Source of the DNA: an uncultured Acidimicrobiia bacterium
GTDB lineage: Bacteria; Actinomycetota; Acidimicrobiia; Acidimicrobiales; Ilumatobacteraceae
Direction of reading: 5' to 3'
NCBI GenBank assembly: GCA_963774635.1
Contig: CAVZFS010000026.1
Location: forward strand, 232,636-296,635
Length of the DNA: 64,000 nt
The translations under genes were made by a program, and so were the position numbers. The notes beneath the pieces were generated by a model. It was not told the DNA's origin and made no database searches. It saw only the letters and a program-made list of their open reading frames with translations. Positions 28,201-36,005 of the stretch are shown one piece after another. The first letter of the stretch is position 1; the number at the start of each line of letters is the position of its first letter.

Positions 28201-28627
28201 ATGGCGAGCAAGAGGGCGTACGTCGATCATCTTCGGAGTGTTCCGTTGTTCGCGGGGTGCACGCGCCGGGAGCTCGAACGCATCGCCCGCTCCGGTGACG
28301 AGATCCGGATGACGGCCGGCAGCCTCGTCGTCGACCAGGGTCAGACGGGCCGCGAGGCGTTCGTCATCCTCGACGGCGGCGTCACGGTGAAACGCAACGG
28401 CCGCAAGGTGGCGACGCTCGGGCCCGGCTCGATCGTCGGCGAGCTGTCGCTCCTCGACCATGGACCCCGGACGGCCACCGCCGTCTGCGACACCGACAGC
28501 ACACTGTTCGTGATCTCCCAGCGCAACTTCCTCGCCGTCGTCGACGACGTCCCGACCCTTGTCGCACAAGTTGCTCGCCTCGCTCGCCGGGAAGGTCCGC
28601 CAGCTCGACGCGCAGTACTTCGGCTGA
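28201..28627 (+). pseudogene. cyclic-nucleotide-binding domain protein, frameshift near the C-terminus as sequenced
   Basis: VPLFAGCTRRELERIA...GREAFVILDGGVTV...LGPGSIVGELSLLDHGPRTATAV is a cNMP-binding fold. At ~28561-28567 the track ORF turns Arg-rich and runs to 28656. Frame 2 instead reads HKLLASLAGKVRQLDAQYFG* with a stop at 28625-28627. Confidence 0.8.
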
Positions 28628-28795
28628 CCTGTCGGCGCCGATCCGGCGCCCACTAGCGTCACGGCGCGATGGCGAGCCACACCGAGACCGCCGAGCCCGA
28701 GGACGACGCGACGCACCACCACCACCACCAACGGCGGGTTCCGACCACACCACCTTGCCCTCGGGCTGGGTCTGCTGTTCGCGGCCTTCACGCTG

Positions 28796-30979
28796 GTGTC
28801 GGGCATCTTGCCCCTGCTCACCGGCTGGGATCACGAGGACCCGGTCCACCGCGTGGTGTTCGTCAACGTCCCTGCCCCGCTCCAGGTGGCCTTCTACACC
28901 GTCGTCCCGATCCTCATCGCCTGGGGTGCGTTCCGCTTCGCCGAGCGGATGAAGAACTGGGAACGCGGCCGGGCCGCGCCGACTCGCCGCACGACCGTCA
29001 AGAACGCCAAGCGGCGTTTCGGCGACTACCGCGCCGGTGTGTACATGCGCACGCTGCTGCGCGATCCCGCCGCCGGGCTGATGCACTCGATGATCTACTT
29101 CGGGTTCCTCGTGCTGCTGGGCGTCACGACGGTGCTGGAGATCGACCACCAGCTGCCCGAGGACCTGCAGTTCCTGACAGGACAGACCTACCAGGCCTAC
29201 GCCTTCGTCGCCGACGCTGCCGGGCTGGTCTTCCTCGGCGGCGTGGTGTGGGCGATCCTGCGGCGCTACGTGCAGCGGCCGTACCGGATCCGCATCAAGA
29301 CCAAGCCCGAGCACGCCGCCATCCTCGGCACGTTCCTCGTCATCGGGCTGTCCGGCTACGGCGCCGAGATGTTCCGCATCGCTCTGCTGTCGGCCGAGGG
29401 TGAGGCCGTCGGCTACGAGCGCTGGAGCTTCATCGGCTACCCGCTCAGCCTGCTCGTCGACGGGTGGTCGGCGTCCTCACTGTCGACGTGGCACCAGTGG
29501 TGGTGGATCGGCCATGTCGCGGCGTTCGCCACGTTCCTGGTGATCCTGCCGATCACGATGCTGCGTCACATGTTCACGTCGCCGCTGAACATGTACCTGC
29601 GGGACCGCAGCGGGGAGCGCCCGAAGGGTGCGATGAAGCCGATGCCCAACCTCGCCGAGTCGGAGCTCGAATCGTTCGGCGCGTCCGTGGTCGAGGACTT
29701 CACGTGGAAGCAGCTCCTCGACACCGACGCGTGCACCATGTGCGGCCGCTGCACGAGCGTCTGCCCGGCCCACGCCACCGGCAAGCCGCTCGATCCGCGC
29801 GAGATCGTGCTCAAGGTCGGCGAGGTGATGACGGCGACCGGCGACCCGGTCGTCACGCCACCGATCGGGCTCGACCCGGCGATCAAGATCGACGCCGACA
29901 ACGTGTTCCAGCGCATCACGTCGGAGGAGCTGTGGGCCTGCACGACGTGCAGGGCGTGCGACGAGATCTGCCCGGTCAACATCGAGATCCTCGACAAGAT
30001 CCTCGACATGCGTCGCTACCTCACGCTGATGGAGTCCGACTTTCCTGGCGAGCTCGGCAACGCGTTCCGCGGCATGGAGAACCAGGGCAACCCGTGGGGG
30101 CTGAGCCAGGGCGACCGGGCGGACTGGGCCAAGAACGTGGAGGGCGTGGAAGTCGTCGAGCCCGGAGAGCCGCTGACGGCCGAGTACCTGTACTGGGTCG
30201 GATGCGCCGGCAGCTTCGACGACAAGAACAAGCGCGTCACACAGGCGATGGCCAAGCTGCTCCGGCGGGCAGGCATCACCGTCGCCATCCTCGGGCCGTC
30301 GGAGATGTGCACCGGTGATTCGGCCCGGCGGTCAGGCAACGAGTACCTCTTCCAGATGCTCGCCACGCCGAACATCGAGATGTTGAACGGCATGGGCGTG
30401 CGCAAGATCATCACGCAATGCCCGCACTGCTTCAACACGCTGCTCAACGAGTACCCGCAGCTCGGTGGCCACTACGAGGTGGTCCACCACAGCCAGCTGC
30501 TGGAGTCGCTGATCGCCAGCGGCCAACTCGACGTCAGCCAGGCCACCCTCGACGAGCGTCTCACCTATCACGACTCGTGCTACCTCGGCCGGCACAACGA
30601 CGTGTACCTGGCGCCGCGACGGGTCGTCGGGTCGATCAAGGGCATCGACGTGGTCGAGATGCCGCGCAACGGCACGCGAGGCATGTGCTGCGGAGCCGGC
30701 GGGGCCCGCATGTGGATGGAGGAGGACATCGGCACGAAGGTCAACGACGAGCGCTCCCGGGAGGCGCTGTCGACCGGTGCCACGCGGGTCGCCACCGCCT
30801 GCCCGTTCTGTTACATCATGCTCGACGACGGGACGAAGGCCGCCGGTGCCGCCGACTACGGCGAGCCGGGCGGCGTCAAGGTCGGCGACATCGCCATCCA
30901 CCTCCTCGACGCCATCGAGAACGGCGAGCGCTCCTTCGACCAGCCCCCGACCCCGCTGGCAGAACCTGATCCGGCCTGA
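28796..30979 (+). CDS. membrane-bound (Fe-S)-binding oxidoreductase with two 4Fe-4S motifs and CCG domains (heterodisulfide-reductase-like)
   Basis: 727 aa. An N-terminal polytopic membrane part is followed by CTMCGRCTSVCP and CTTCRACDEICP ferredoxin motifs and two cysteine-rich CCG-type domains (VGCAGSFDD..., HDSCYLGRH...CCGAGG). The N-terminus probably extends upstream (see findings). Confidence 0.88.
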   Translation: MSGILPLLTGWDHEDPVHRVVFVNVPAPLQVAFYTVVPILIAWGAFRFAERMKNWERGRAAPTRRTTVKNAKRRFGDYRAGVYMRTLLRDPAAGLMHSMIYFGFLVLLGVTTVLEIDHQLPEDLQFLTGQTYQAYAFVADAAGLVFLGGVVWAILRRYVQRPYRIRIKTKPEHAAILGTFLVIGLSGYGAEMFRIALLSAEGEAVGYERWSFIGYPLSLLVDGWSASSLSTWHQWWWIGHVAAFATFLVILPITMLRHMFTSPLNMYLRDRSGERPKGAMKPMPNLAESELESFGASVVEDFTWKQLLDTDACTMCGRCTSVCPAHATGKPLDPREIVLKVGEVMTATGDPVVTPPIGLDPAIKIDADNVFQRITSEELWACTTCRACDEICPVNIEILDKILDMRRYLTLMESDFPGELGNAFRGMENQGNPWGLSQGDRADWAKNVEGVEVVEPGEPLTAEYLYWVGCAGSFDDKNKRVTQAMAKLLRRAGITVAILGPSEMCTGDSARRSGNEYLFQMLATPNIEMLNGMGVRKIITQCPHCFNTLLNEYPQLGGHYEVVHHSQLLESLIASGQLDVSQATLDERLTYHDSCYLGRHNDVYLAPRRVVGSIKGIDVVEMPRNGTRGMCCGAGGARMWMEEDIGTKVNDERSREALSTGATRVATACPFCYIMLDDGTKAAGAADYGEPGGVKVGDIAIHLLDAIENGERSFDQPPTPLAEPDPA

Positions 30980-30982
30980 ACC

Positions 30983-31071
30983 CCATCCGAGTGTCTGACT
31001 CCATCCGAGTGTCTGGCCCGGGGCATCCCCAGGTCCAGCACTCCGATGGGCTGAAACACTCGGATGGAGTC
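30983..31071 (+). repeat. family C repeat, copy 2, with an internal 15-nt direct duplication and a 16-bp perfect inverted repeat; bidirectional terminator-like hairpin between convergent genes
   Basis: CCATCCGAGTGTCTG occurs twice (30983-30997 and 31001-31015). GACTCCATCCGAGTGT (30997-31012) pairs with ACACTCGGATGGAGTC (31056-31071). The segment 31001-31071 aligns with 9548-9612. Confidence 0.75.
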
Positions 31072-31831
31072 AGGCGGTGATGGCGAGGATGGGCTCGGTG
31101 GGCGTGACGCTGTCGGCGTCCGGCTCCTCGCTGAGCGCCCACTGGTCGGCGCTCGCCGGGTCGAACCCGGGCAGGTAGATCTCGACGTCACCGTCGTCGG
31201 GACGGAATGAGATGCCGGCGTTCTCCGCGGCCCCGTCACGGATCGCCCACAGCTGGTACACGCCATCTTCGGGCGGCGTGCCGAGATCCTGACCCTGCAG
31301 CACGACGGCGTCCTCACGCGGCGAGTAGACGAGCGAGATCGATCCGGCCATGCCGCCGTCCGGCGTCGCCGGCATGTCGATCGTGACGGCGCTCGGATCG
31401 TCGATGACGTCAGCGATCTCGTCGGTGTCCGAGTCGCCGAACGGCGAGATCACGAGCACGCCGGCGACGATGGCGACGATGGCCGCCGCGGCGGCACCGA
31501 CGGCGACCCACCGCCGCCAGCGACGAGCGGCGGTGATCGGCACGACCGGGGCCATCGGCGGCGCGGCCTCCACCGGACTGTCGACCGCCGGTAGCTGCTC
31601 GACGCCGTCGATCGCGTCGAGCACGCTGGCGCGCAGCGTCGCCGGCGGCGCCTCGCTGACAGCGTCGGCCATCGCGGCGGCGGCGGCGCGCAGCTCCTCG
31701 AGCTCGCGCTGCAGGTCCGGACGGTCGGCGATCTCCGCCTCCAGCTCCGTGCGCTCGTCGTCATCGAGGGCGCCGACCGCGTCGAGTGCCATCAGCTCCT
31801 GCAGTTCCTCGTCACTGCGCGACTCACTCAT
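31070..31831 (-). CDS. rskA: anti-sigma-K factor RskA-like (zinc-finger-less N-domain, one TM helix, extracytoplasmic RskA domain)
   Basis: 253 aa with one TM helix (WVAVGAAAAAIVAIVAGVLVI). The C-terminal part, LVYSPREDAVVLQGQDLGTPPEDGVYQLWAI...QWALSEEP, fits the RskA domain. Its start overlaps the sigma gene stop (ATGA at 31828-31831). Confidence 0.8.
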   Translation of the reverse strand: MSESRSDEELQELMALDAVGALDDDERTELEAEIADRPDLQRELEELRAAAAAMADAVSEAPPATLRASVLDAIDGVEQLPAVDSPVEAAPPMAPVVPITAARRWRRWVAVGAAAAAIVAIVAGVLVISPFGDSDTDEIADVIDDPSAVTIDMPATPDGGMAGSISLVYSPREDAVVLQGQDLGTPPEDGVYQLWAIRDGAAENAGISFRPDDGDVEIYLPGFDPASADQWALSEEPDADSVTPTEPILAITA

Positions 31832-32373
31832 GTCACGCCTCCCATCAGGGTGCGCAGTCGGATCAGGCCATCGCGGATGCGGGTCTTCACGGTGCCCAAG
31901 GCGATCCCCAGCTCCTCAGCGATCTGGACATGAGTGAGGCCGTCATAGAACGCCAACTCGAGCGCTTCTCGTTGCACGTCGCTGAGTCCGGCCATGGCGA
32001 CTCGTGCCATGCGGCGGTCCTCCGACTCGATGGCGCTGTCCTCCGGCGTCGCTTCCACGGTTGCATCAGTGGCGACCGACCGAGTCTGGCGTGTGCGATG
32101 CGCCTGTTCGCTGCGGACCCGGTCGACGGCCCGCCGGTGCGTGATCGTGACGGCCCACGTGCGGACGCTTCCCCGGTCGGAGTCGAACCGGGTGGCTTGC
32201 CGCCAGATCTCGACGAACACCTCTTGGGCGACCTCCTCGGCCTGGGCTGGATCGCGCAGGACGCGGCGCGCCACGCCGTAGACGACGGGCGCCAGCCGGT
32301 CGTACAACACGGCGAACGCATCCCGATCACCACCGGCGACCTGGATCATCAGCGCGTCGAGGTCGGGGTCCAA
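31828..32373 (-). CDS. sigK: ECF RNA polymerase sigma factor, SigK-like
   Basis: The track ORF is 31828..32547. TTG 32373 gives MDPDLDALMIQVAGGDRDAFAVLYDRLAPVVYGVARRVLRDPAQAEEVAQEVFVEIW (region 2). ...REALELAFYDGLTHVQIAEELGIALGTVKTRIRDGL is region 4. ATG 32349 is an alternative start. Confidence 0.85.
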   Translation of the reverse strand: MDPDLDALMIQVAGGDRDAFAVLYDRLAPVVYGVARRVLRDPAQAEEVAQEVFVEIWRQATRFDSDRGSVRTWAVTITHRRAVDRVRSEQAHRTRQTRSVATDATVEATPEDSAIESEDRRMARVAMAGLSDVQREALELAFYDGLTHVQIAEELGIALGTVKTRIRDGLIRLRTLMGGVT

Positions 32374-32492
32374 GGCCCACCAATGTGCCAGACGTTCGTG
32401 CGGCGGTGCGCAGATGCAAGAAATCGACCGCCATGACCGAGGTTCGGAGCAGCAGCTTCGACGGATGGGAGCGACACCCGCCCACAACGCAA

Positions 32493-32524
32493 GCAACGAG
32501 GGGCCCGGAGCGACCCCTCGTTGC
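32493..32524 (-). terminator. stem-loop (11-bp perfect stem, 10-nt loop) downstream of the fasciclin gene
   Basis: GCAACGAGGGG-N10-CCCCTCGTTGC is followed, on the minus strand, by a moderately U-rich stretch (CTTGCGTTGTGGG). Confidence 0.5.
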
Positions 32525-32589
32525 TCGATTTTCGGGCTCGGCGGCAATCAAGTTGCTCGCCTCGCCCGTGGAGACACGGCGTAACCGGC

Positions 32590-33285
32590 TCAGGCGGCCG
32601 GCAGCAACACCGTGTCGATGATGTGGACCGTGCCGTTGGCGACGGGCACATCGGCGCAGACGACGGTGGCCGGGCCACCCCCGGCATCGACGGTCACGGC
32701 ATCACCCTCGGCGACGACGGACAGATCGCCGTTCAGGCCGCTCACGGTGCCGGCCTCGACCAGGTCTGCGCTCGACAGCGACTCACCGCCGACGACGTGG
32801 ATCGTGAGGATGTCCGTCAGCGCGCCCTGCGGGTCGGCCAGCAGCGCATCGAGATCAGCGGCGGGCACCTTGGCGAAGGCCGAGTTGGCAGGAGCAAAGA
32901 TCGTGAACGGGCCTTCTCCGTTCAGCGTGTCCACGAGCCCGGCGGCGCCGACCGCCGTCACGAGCGTCGAGAGCTCTGGGTTGTTGCTCGCCGCGGTCGC
33001 TGCGGGGTCGTCGGCCATGCCCTCGAAGCTGCCCTCGCCATCCATCGGCACGCTGGCGCAGGCGGGGCCGGAAGGGGCCATCGCCGCGCCGTCTGCCGGC
33101 GCCATCGGCTCGGTTGTCATCGACTCTTCCATCGGCTCGGTGGCCATGGGCTCGGTGGCGTCGCTCTCGGTGGCCGCAGGAGCGGCGGCGGCCGGGTCGT
33201 CGTTGTCGTTACCGCACGCGGCGGCAACCAGCGACAGGGCGGCGACCGCAGCAACGGCAGCGCCGCGTAGACGTCGTGTTCTCAT
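32590..33285 (-). CDS. fasciclin (FAS1) domain lipoprotein, MPT70/MPT83-like
   Basis: The track ORF is 32590..33579 and the start is at MRTRRLRGAAVAAVAALSLVAAAC (lipobox). PFTIFAPANSAFAKVPAADLDALL...ILTIHVV...GTVHIIDTVLLP is a FAS1 domain. Confidence 0.85.
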   Translation of the reverse strand: MRTRRLRGAAVAAVAALSLVAAACGNDNDDPAAAAPAATESDATEPMATEPMEESMTTEPMAPADGAAMAPSGPACASVPMDGEGSFEGMADDPAATAASNNPELSTLVTAVGAAGLVDTLNGEGPFTIFAPANSAFAKVPAADLDALLADPQGALTDILTIHVVGGESLSSADLVEAGTVSGLNGDLSVVAEGDAVTVDAGGGPATVVCADVPVANGTVHIIDTVLLPAA

Positions 33286-33323
33286 GGGGGGGTCCTTTCT
33301 GGTGTTCACGGTGACGGGACCGA

Positions 33324-34868
33324 TCACTCGACGATCACGACGATCTGGTGGTGGCCGGATGCACCGTCGGGGATTGGTTCGGCGCGGTCCGCGGTCTGGA
33401 TTGCGCCGGCGTTGTCGATCGCGCGGACCTTGAGGGAGTGACGTCCGGGCGTGGCATTCCACCGGTACACCCACTGCCGCCACGTGTCGTTCGTCGTGAC
33501 GTCGGCAAGGTCGGTGGGCTGCCACGGTCCGTCGTCGACGGCGACCTCGACGCCGGCGATGCCGACCGTCTGCTCCCATGCCACCCCGGCGACGGCGACG
33601 ACACCGGCCGGCACCTTGGCCAGCCCCCGCGGCGTGTCAATGCGACTCATCAGCTTGATCGGTGCTCGCTGCGCCCACCCGCGACGGAGCCAGTAGTGGT
33701 CGAACTCGGCGAACGTCGTCAGCTCGATCTCGGTCAGCCACTTCGTCGCCGAGACGAACCCGTACAGGCCGGGGACGATCAGGCGGGCCGGGAAGCCGTG
33801 CTCGATCGGCAGCGGCTCACCGTTCATCCCGATGGCGACCATGGCGTCCCGACCGTCCCGGGCGACCTCGATGGGAAACCCGCACTCGAAGCCGTCGACG
33901 GAACGGCCGACGACCTGATCGGCACCCGGTTGCACACCCGCTTCGCGCAGCAGCGCATCGAGTCGTGTGCCGAGCCAGCGGGCGGTGCCCACGAGCTTGC
34001 CGCCGACCTCGTTGGAGACGCACGTCAGCGTGATGTCGCGCTCGATCATCTCCCGCCGCAACAGGTCGTCGAATGACAGCTCGAGCTCGTTGTCGACCAT
34101 CCCCTTGATGCGCAACGTGTAGGAGTCCGTCGGCACCTGCGGCGCGGTGAGCGCTGTGTCGATCCGGTAGAAGCCGTCGTTCGGCGTGATGAACGGCGTC
34201 ATGCCCGGCACGTCGACCTGGGTGGACGCCGTCACCGGTGCCAGTGGACTCGCCGGACGCGGCAACGTCAGACCGGCACGCGACGCGGCGGCGGTGAAGC
34301 GCGACCCCAACCAGCGACCGGCTACGCCGACGACGGCAGCGGTCGCCGCCAGGCCGGCGAGCAGCGCGCCGGAGTGGCGCAGGAACTCGCGTCGGTCCGT
34401 GGCGCCGGGCGCGTTGAGCGGCGGTTCGTCCCGCTGGCGCACGGACTGGCGCACGAGCCACAGCGCCCCGATCCCGGCCGCCGCGCCGATCAAACTGGGC
34501 AGCGCCACGTGCCAAGGCGGGGCGATGCGACGACTCAGCGCCGCCCAGGCACCGATCACCCCGAACAGGCCCACGCCGACGACGCCGACGGTGAAGTGGC
34601 GCCGGAGGGCAATGAGGCCGACGATCCCCGCGTACAGCGTGAGCACAACGCCGATGCCGATCAGCAGTGCCGGCTTGTCGTTCGTCCCGAACGTGTCGAT
34701 GGCGAACTCCTTGACGAACGGCGGCGCGGCGTCGATGACGCGGTCCCCAACGTCGAGCACGGGCGAGCGCCACGCCCGGTTGAGCCCGGCCAGTAGCTCG
34801 GCGACGGCAAGCGCGACGAGCGCGGCGGCGAGCCCGGCCAGCACCGAGATGACGCGGGAAGGTTTCAC
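33324..34868 (-). CDS. membrane-anchored molybdopterin-dependent (sulfite-oxidase family) oxidoreductase
   Basis: 514 aa. An N-terminal ~4-5 TM region is followed by FYRIDTAL...TLTCVSNEVGG...ARWLGTRL...GFPARLIVPGLYGFVSATKWL, the Mo-co oxidoreductase core, and an Ig-like dimerisation-type tail. Confidence 0.85.
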   Translation of the reverse strand: MKPSRVISVLAGLAAALVALAVAELLAGLNRAWRSPVLDVGDRVIDAAPPFVKEFAIDTFGTNDKPALLIGIGVVLTLYAGIVGLIALRRHFTVGVVGVGLFGVIGAWAALSRRIAPPWHVALPSLIGAAAGIGALWLVRQSVRQRDEPPLNAPGATDRREFLRHSGALLAGLAATAAVVGVAGRWLGSRFTAAASRAGLTLPRPASPLAPVTASTQVDVPGMTPFITPNDGFYRIDTALTAPQVPTDSYTLRIKGMVDNELELSFDDLLRREMIERDITLTCVSNEVGGKLVGTARWLGTRLDALLREAGVQPGADQVVGRSVDGFECGFPIEVARDGRDAMVAIGMNGEPLPIEHGFPARLIVPGLYGFVSATKWLTEIELTTFAEFDHYWLRRGWAQRAPIKLMSRIDTPRGLAKVPAGVVAVAGVAWEQTVGIAGVEVAVDDGPWQPTDLADVTTNDTWRQWVYRWNATPGRHSLKVRAIDNAGAIQTADRAEPIPDGASGHHQIVVIVE

Positions 34869-34916
34869 GGCACCGATTCGGACCCGTCACCCCGCCGGAT
34901 TCCGTCTTCAGCCCTT

Positions 34917-34960
34917 CTGTCCGTAACGATCGCATCACAACGATCGATCCCTACGGACAG
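34917..34960 (-). promoter_or_regulatory. second copy of the CTGTCCGTA-N26-TACGGACAG leader element, 48 nt upstream of the Mo-oxidoreductase start
   Basis: Arms 34917-34925 and 34952-34960 are identical to those at 212-255. In the gene-sense reading the spacer is GGGATCGATCGTTGTGATGCGATCGT, compared with GGAATCGATCGGATCCAGACGATTTC in copy 1. Confidence 0.6.
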
Positions 34961-34966
34961 AACGGG

Positions 34967-35971
34967 TTACTCCTGGAGGAGATCGAGCACTGCCGCTTCG
35001 ACCTTTCGCCGCGTCGACTCCGGCCGACCGGGGCGCGTGCCGTCGAGTGCCTCCTCGATCGTCTCGCCGGCTTCGAACTGCTGCACGACCTTCGGGTCGA
35101 CGTACGAGCTGCGGGCGACGGCCGGGGTGTTGCCGAGCGACTCGGCGACCTCCTTCATCGCCGTCGCGACGGCACGCTTCCGCCTCGTCGGCGACTCTCG
35201 ATCCTCGATCTTGCCGGCGAGGGCGACGGCCGCCAGCACCGTGCCGTGCCAGGTCCGGAAGTCCTTCGCCGACACGTCGCCGCCGACGACCTCCTTCACG
35301 TACACGTTGATGTCGTCGGACGTGACGTCGCGCCACTGCCGCCCGACCCGGTACGCGAGCAGTCCTGGGCCGCCGCCACGGCGCCGCTTGAGTGTGCCCA
35401 CGGCGGCGAGCACCGCGTCGTCGCGCACTGCAACGAGTCGCTCCTGACCCGACTTGGCGATGTACTCGAAGATCACCTCGTCGCCCTTGACCTTGACGTG
35501 CTGCTTCTCGATGGTGGCCAACCCGAAGCTGCCGTATTCCTCGGCGTAGTTCTCTCCGCCGATGCGGAAGAAGCCGAGGTCGAGCAGGCGGAACGCCAGC
35601 GCCAGAGCCCGCTCGCGGGGCATGCCCGCCAAGTCGAGGTGCTCGGTCACCTTGCGCCGGGCGACCGGGAGGCGGGCGGCCACATCGAGCACCCGGGCGT
35701 GTTTGGCGACGTCGCGCTGCTCCCGCCACGCCGGGTGGTACAGGTACTGGCGCCGCCCGGCCTCGTCGATCCCGACGGCCTGGAGGTGACCGTTGGGAAA
35801 CGGGCAGATCCACACCTCCGTCCACGCCGGGGGGATGACGAGCGCCTTGCAGCGGGCCACGTCGTCGGGGCCGAGGCGGACACCGTGCTGGTCGAAGTAG
35901 GCGAACCCCCGCCCACTCCGCCGGCGAGTCCAGCCCGGTGCTTCAGGGGAGATACGGCGCAGGCGAGGCAT
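34967..35971 (-). CDS. DNA topoisomerase IB (poxvirus-type bacterial TopIB)
   Basis: The track ORF is 34967..36085 and the start is at MPRLRRISPEAPGWTRRRSGRGFAY. IPPAWTEVWICP, YLYHPAWR, DFRTWHGTV and ARSSYVDP (catalytic Tyr region) match TopIB. Confidence 0.85.
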   Translation of the reverse strand: MPRLRRISPEAPGWTRRRSGRGFAYFDQHGVRLGPDDVARCKALVIPPAWTEVWICPFPNGHLQAVGIDEAGRRQYLYHPAWREQRDVAKHARVLDVAARLPVARRKVTEHLDLAGMPRERALALAFRLLDLGFFRIGGENYAEEYGSFGLATIEKQHVKVKGDEVIFEYIAKSGQERLVAVRDDAVLAAVGTLKRRRGGGPGLLAYRVGRQWRDVTSDDINVYVKEVVGGDVSAKDFRTWHGTVLAAVALAGKIEDRESPTRRKRAVATAMKEVAESLGNTPAVARSSYVDPKVVQQFEAGETIEEALDGTRPGRPESTRRKVEAAVLDLLQE

Positions 35972-36005
35972 AAGTCGCCGCACTCTTTCCCCAACGGGCG
36001 GTGCG

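Noticed and set aside
28567-28583. An identical 17-mer, CAAGTTGCTCGCCTCGC, occurs at 28567-28583 and 32549-32565.
   Set aside because: A single 17-nt match in 64 kb (both strands) is within chance expectation. The flanks do not align, and one copy is coding while the other is intergenic.
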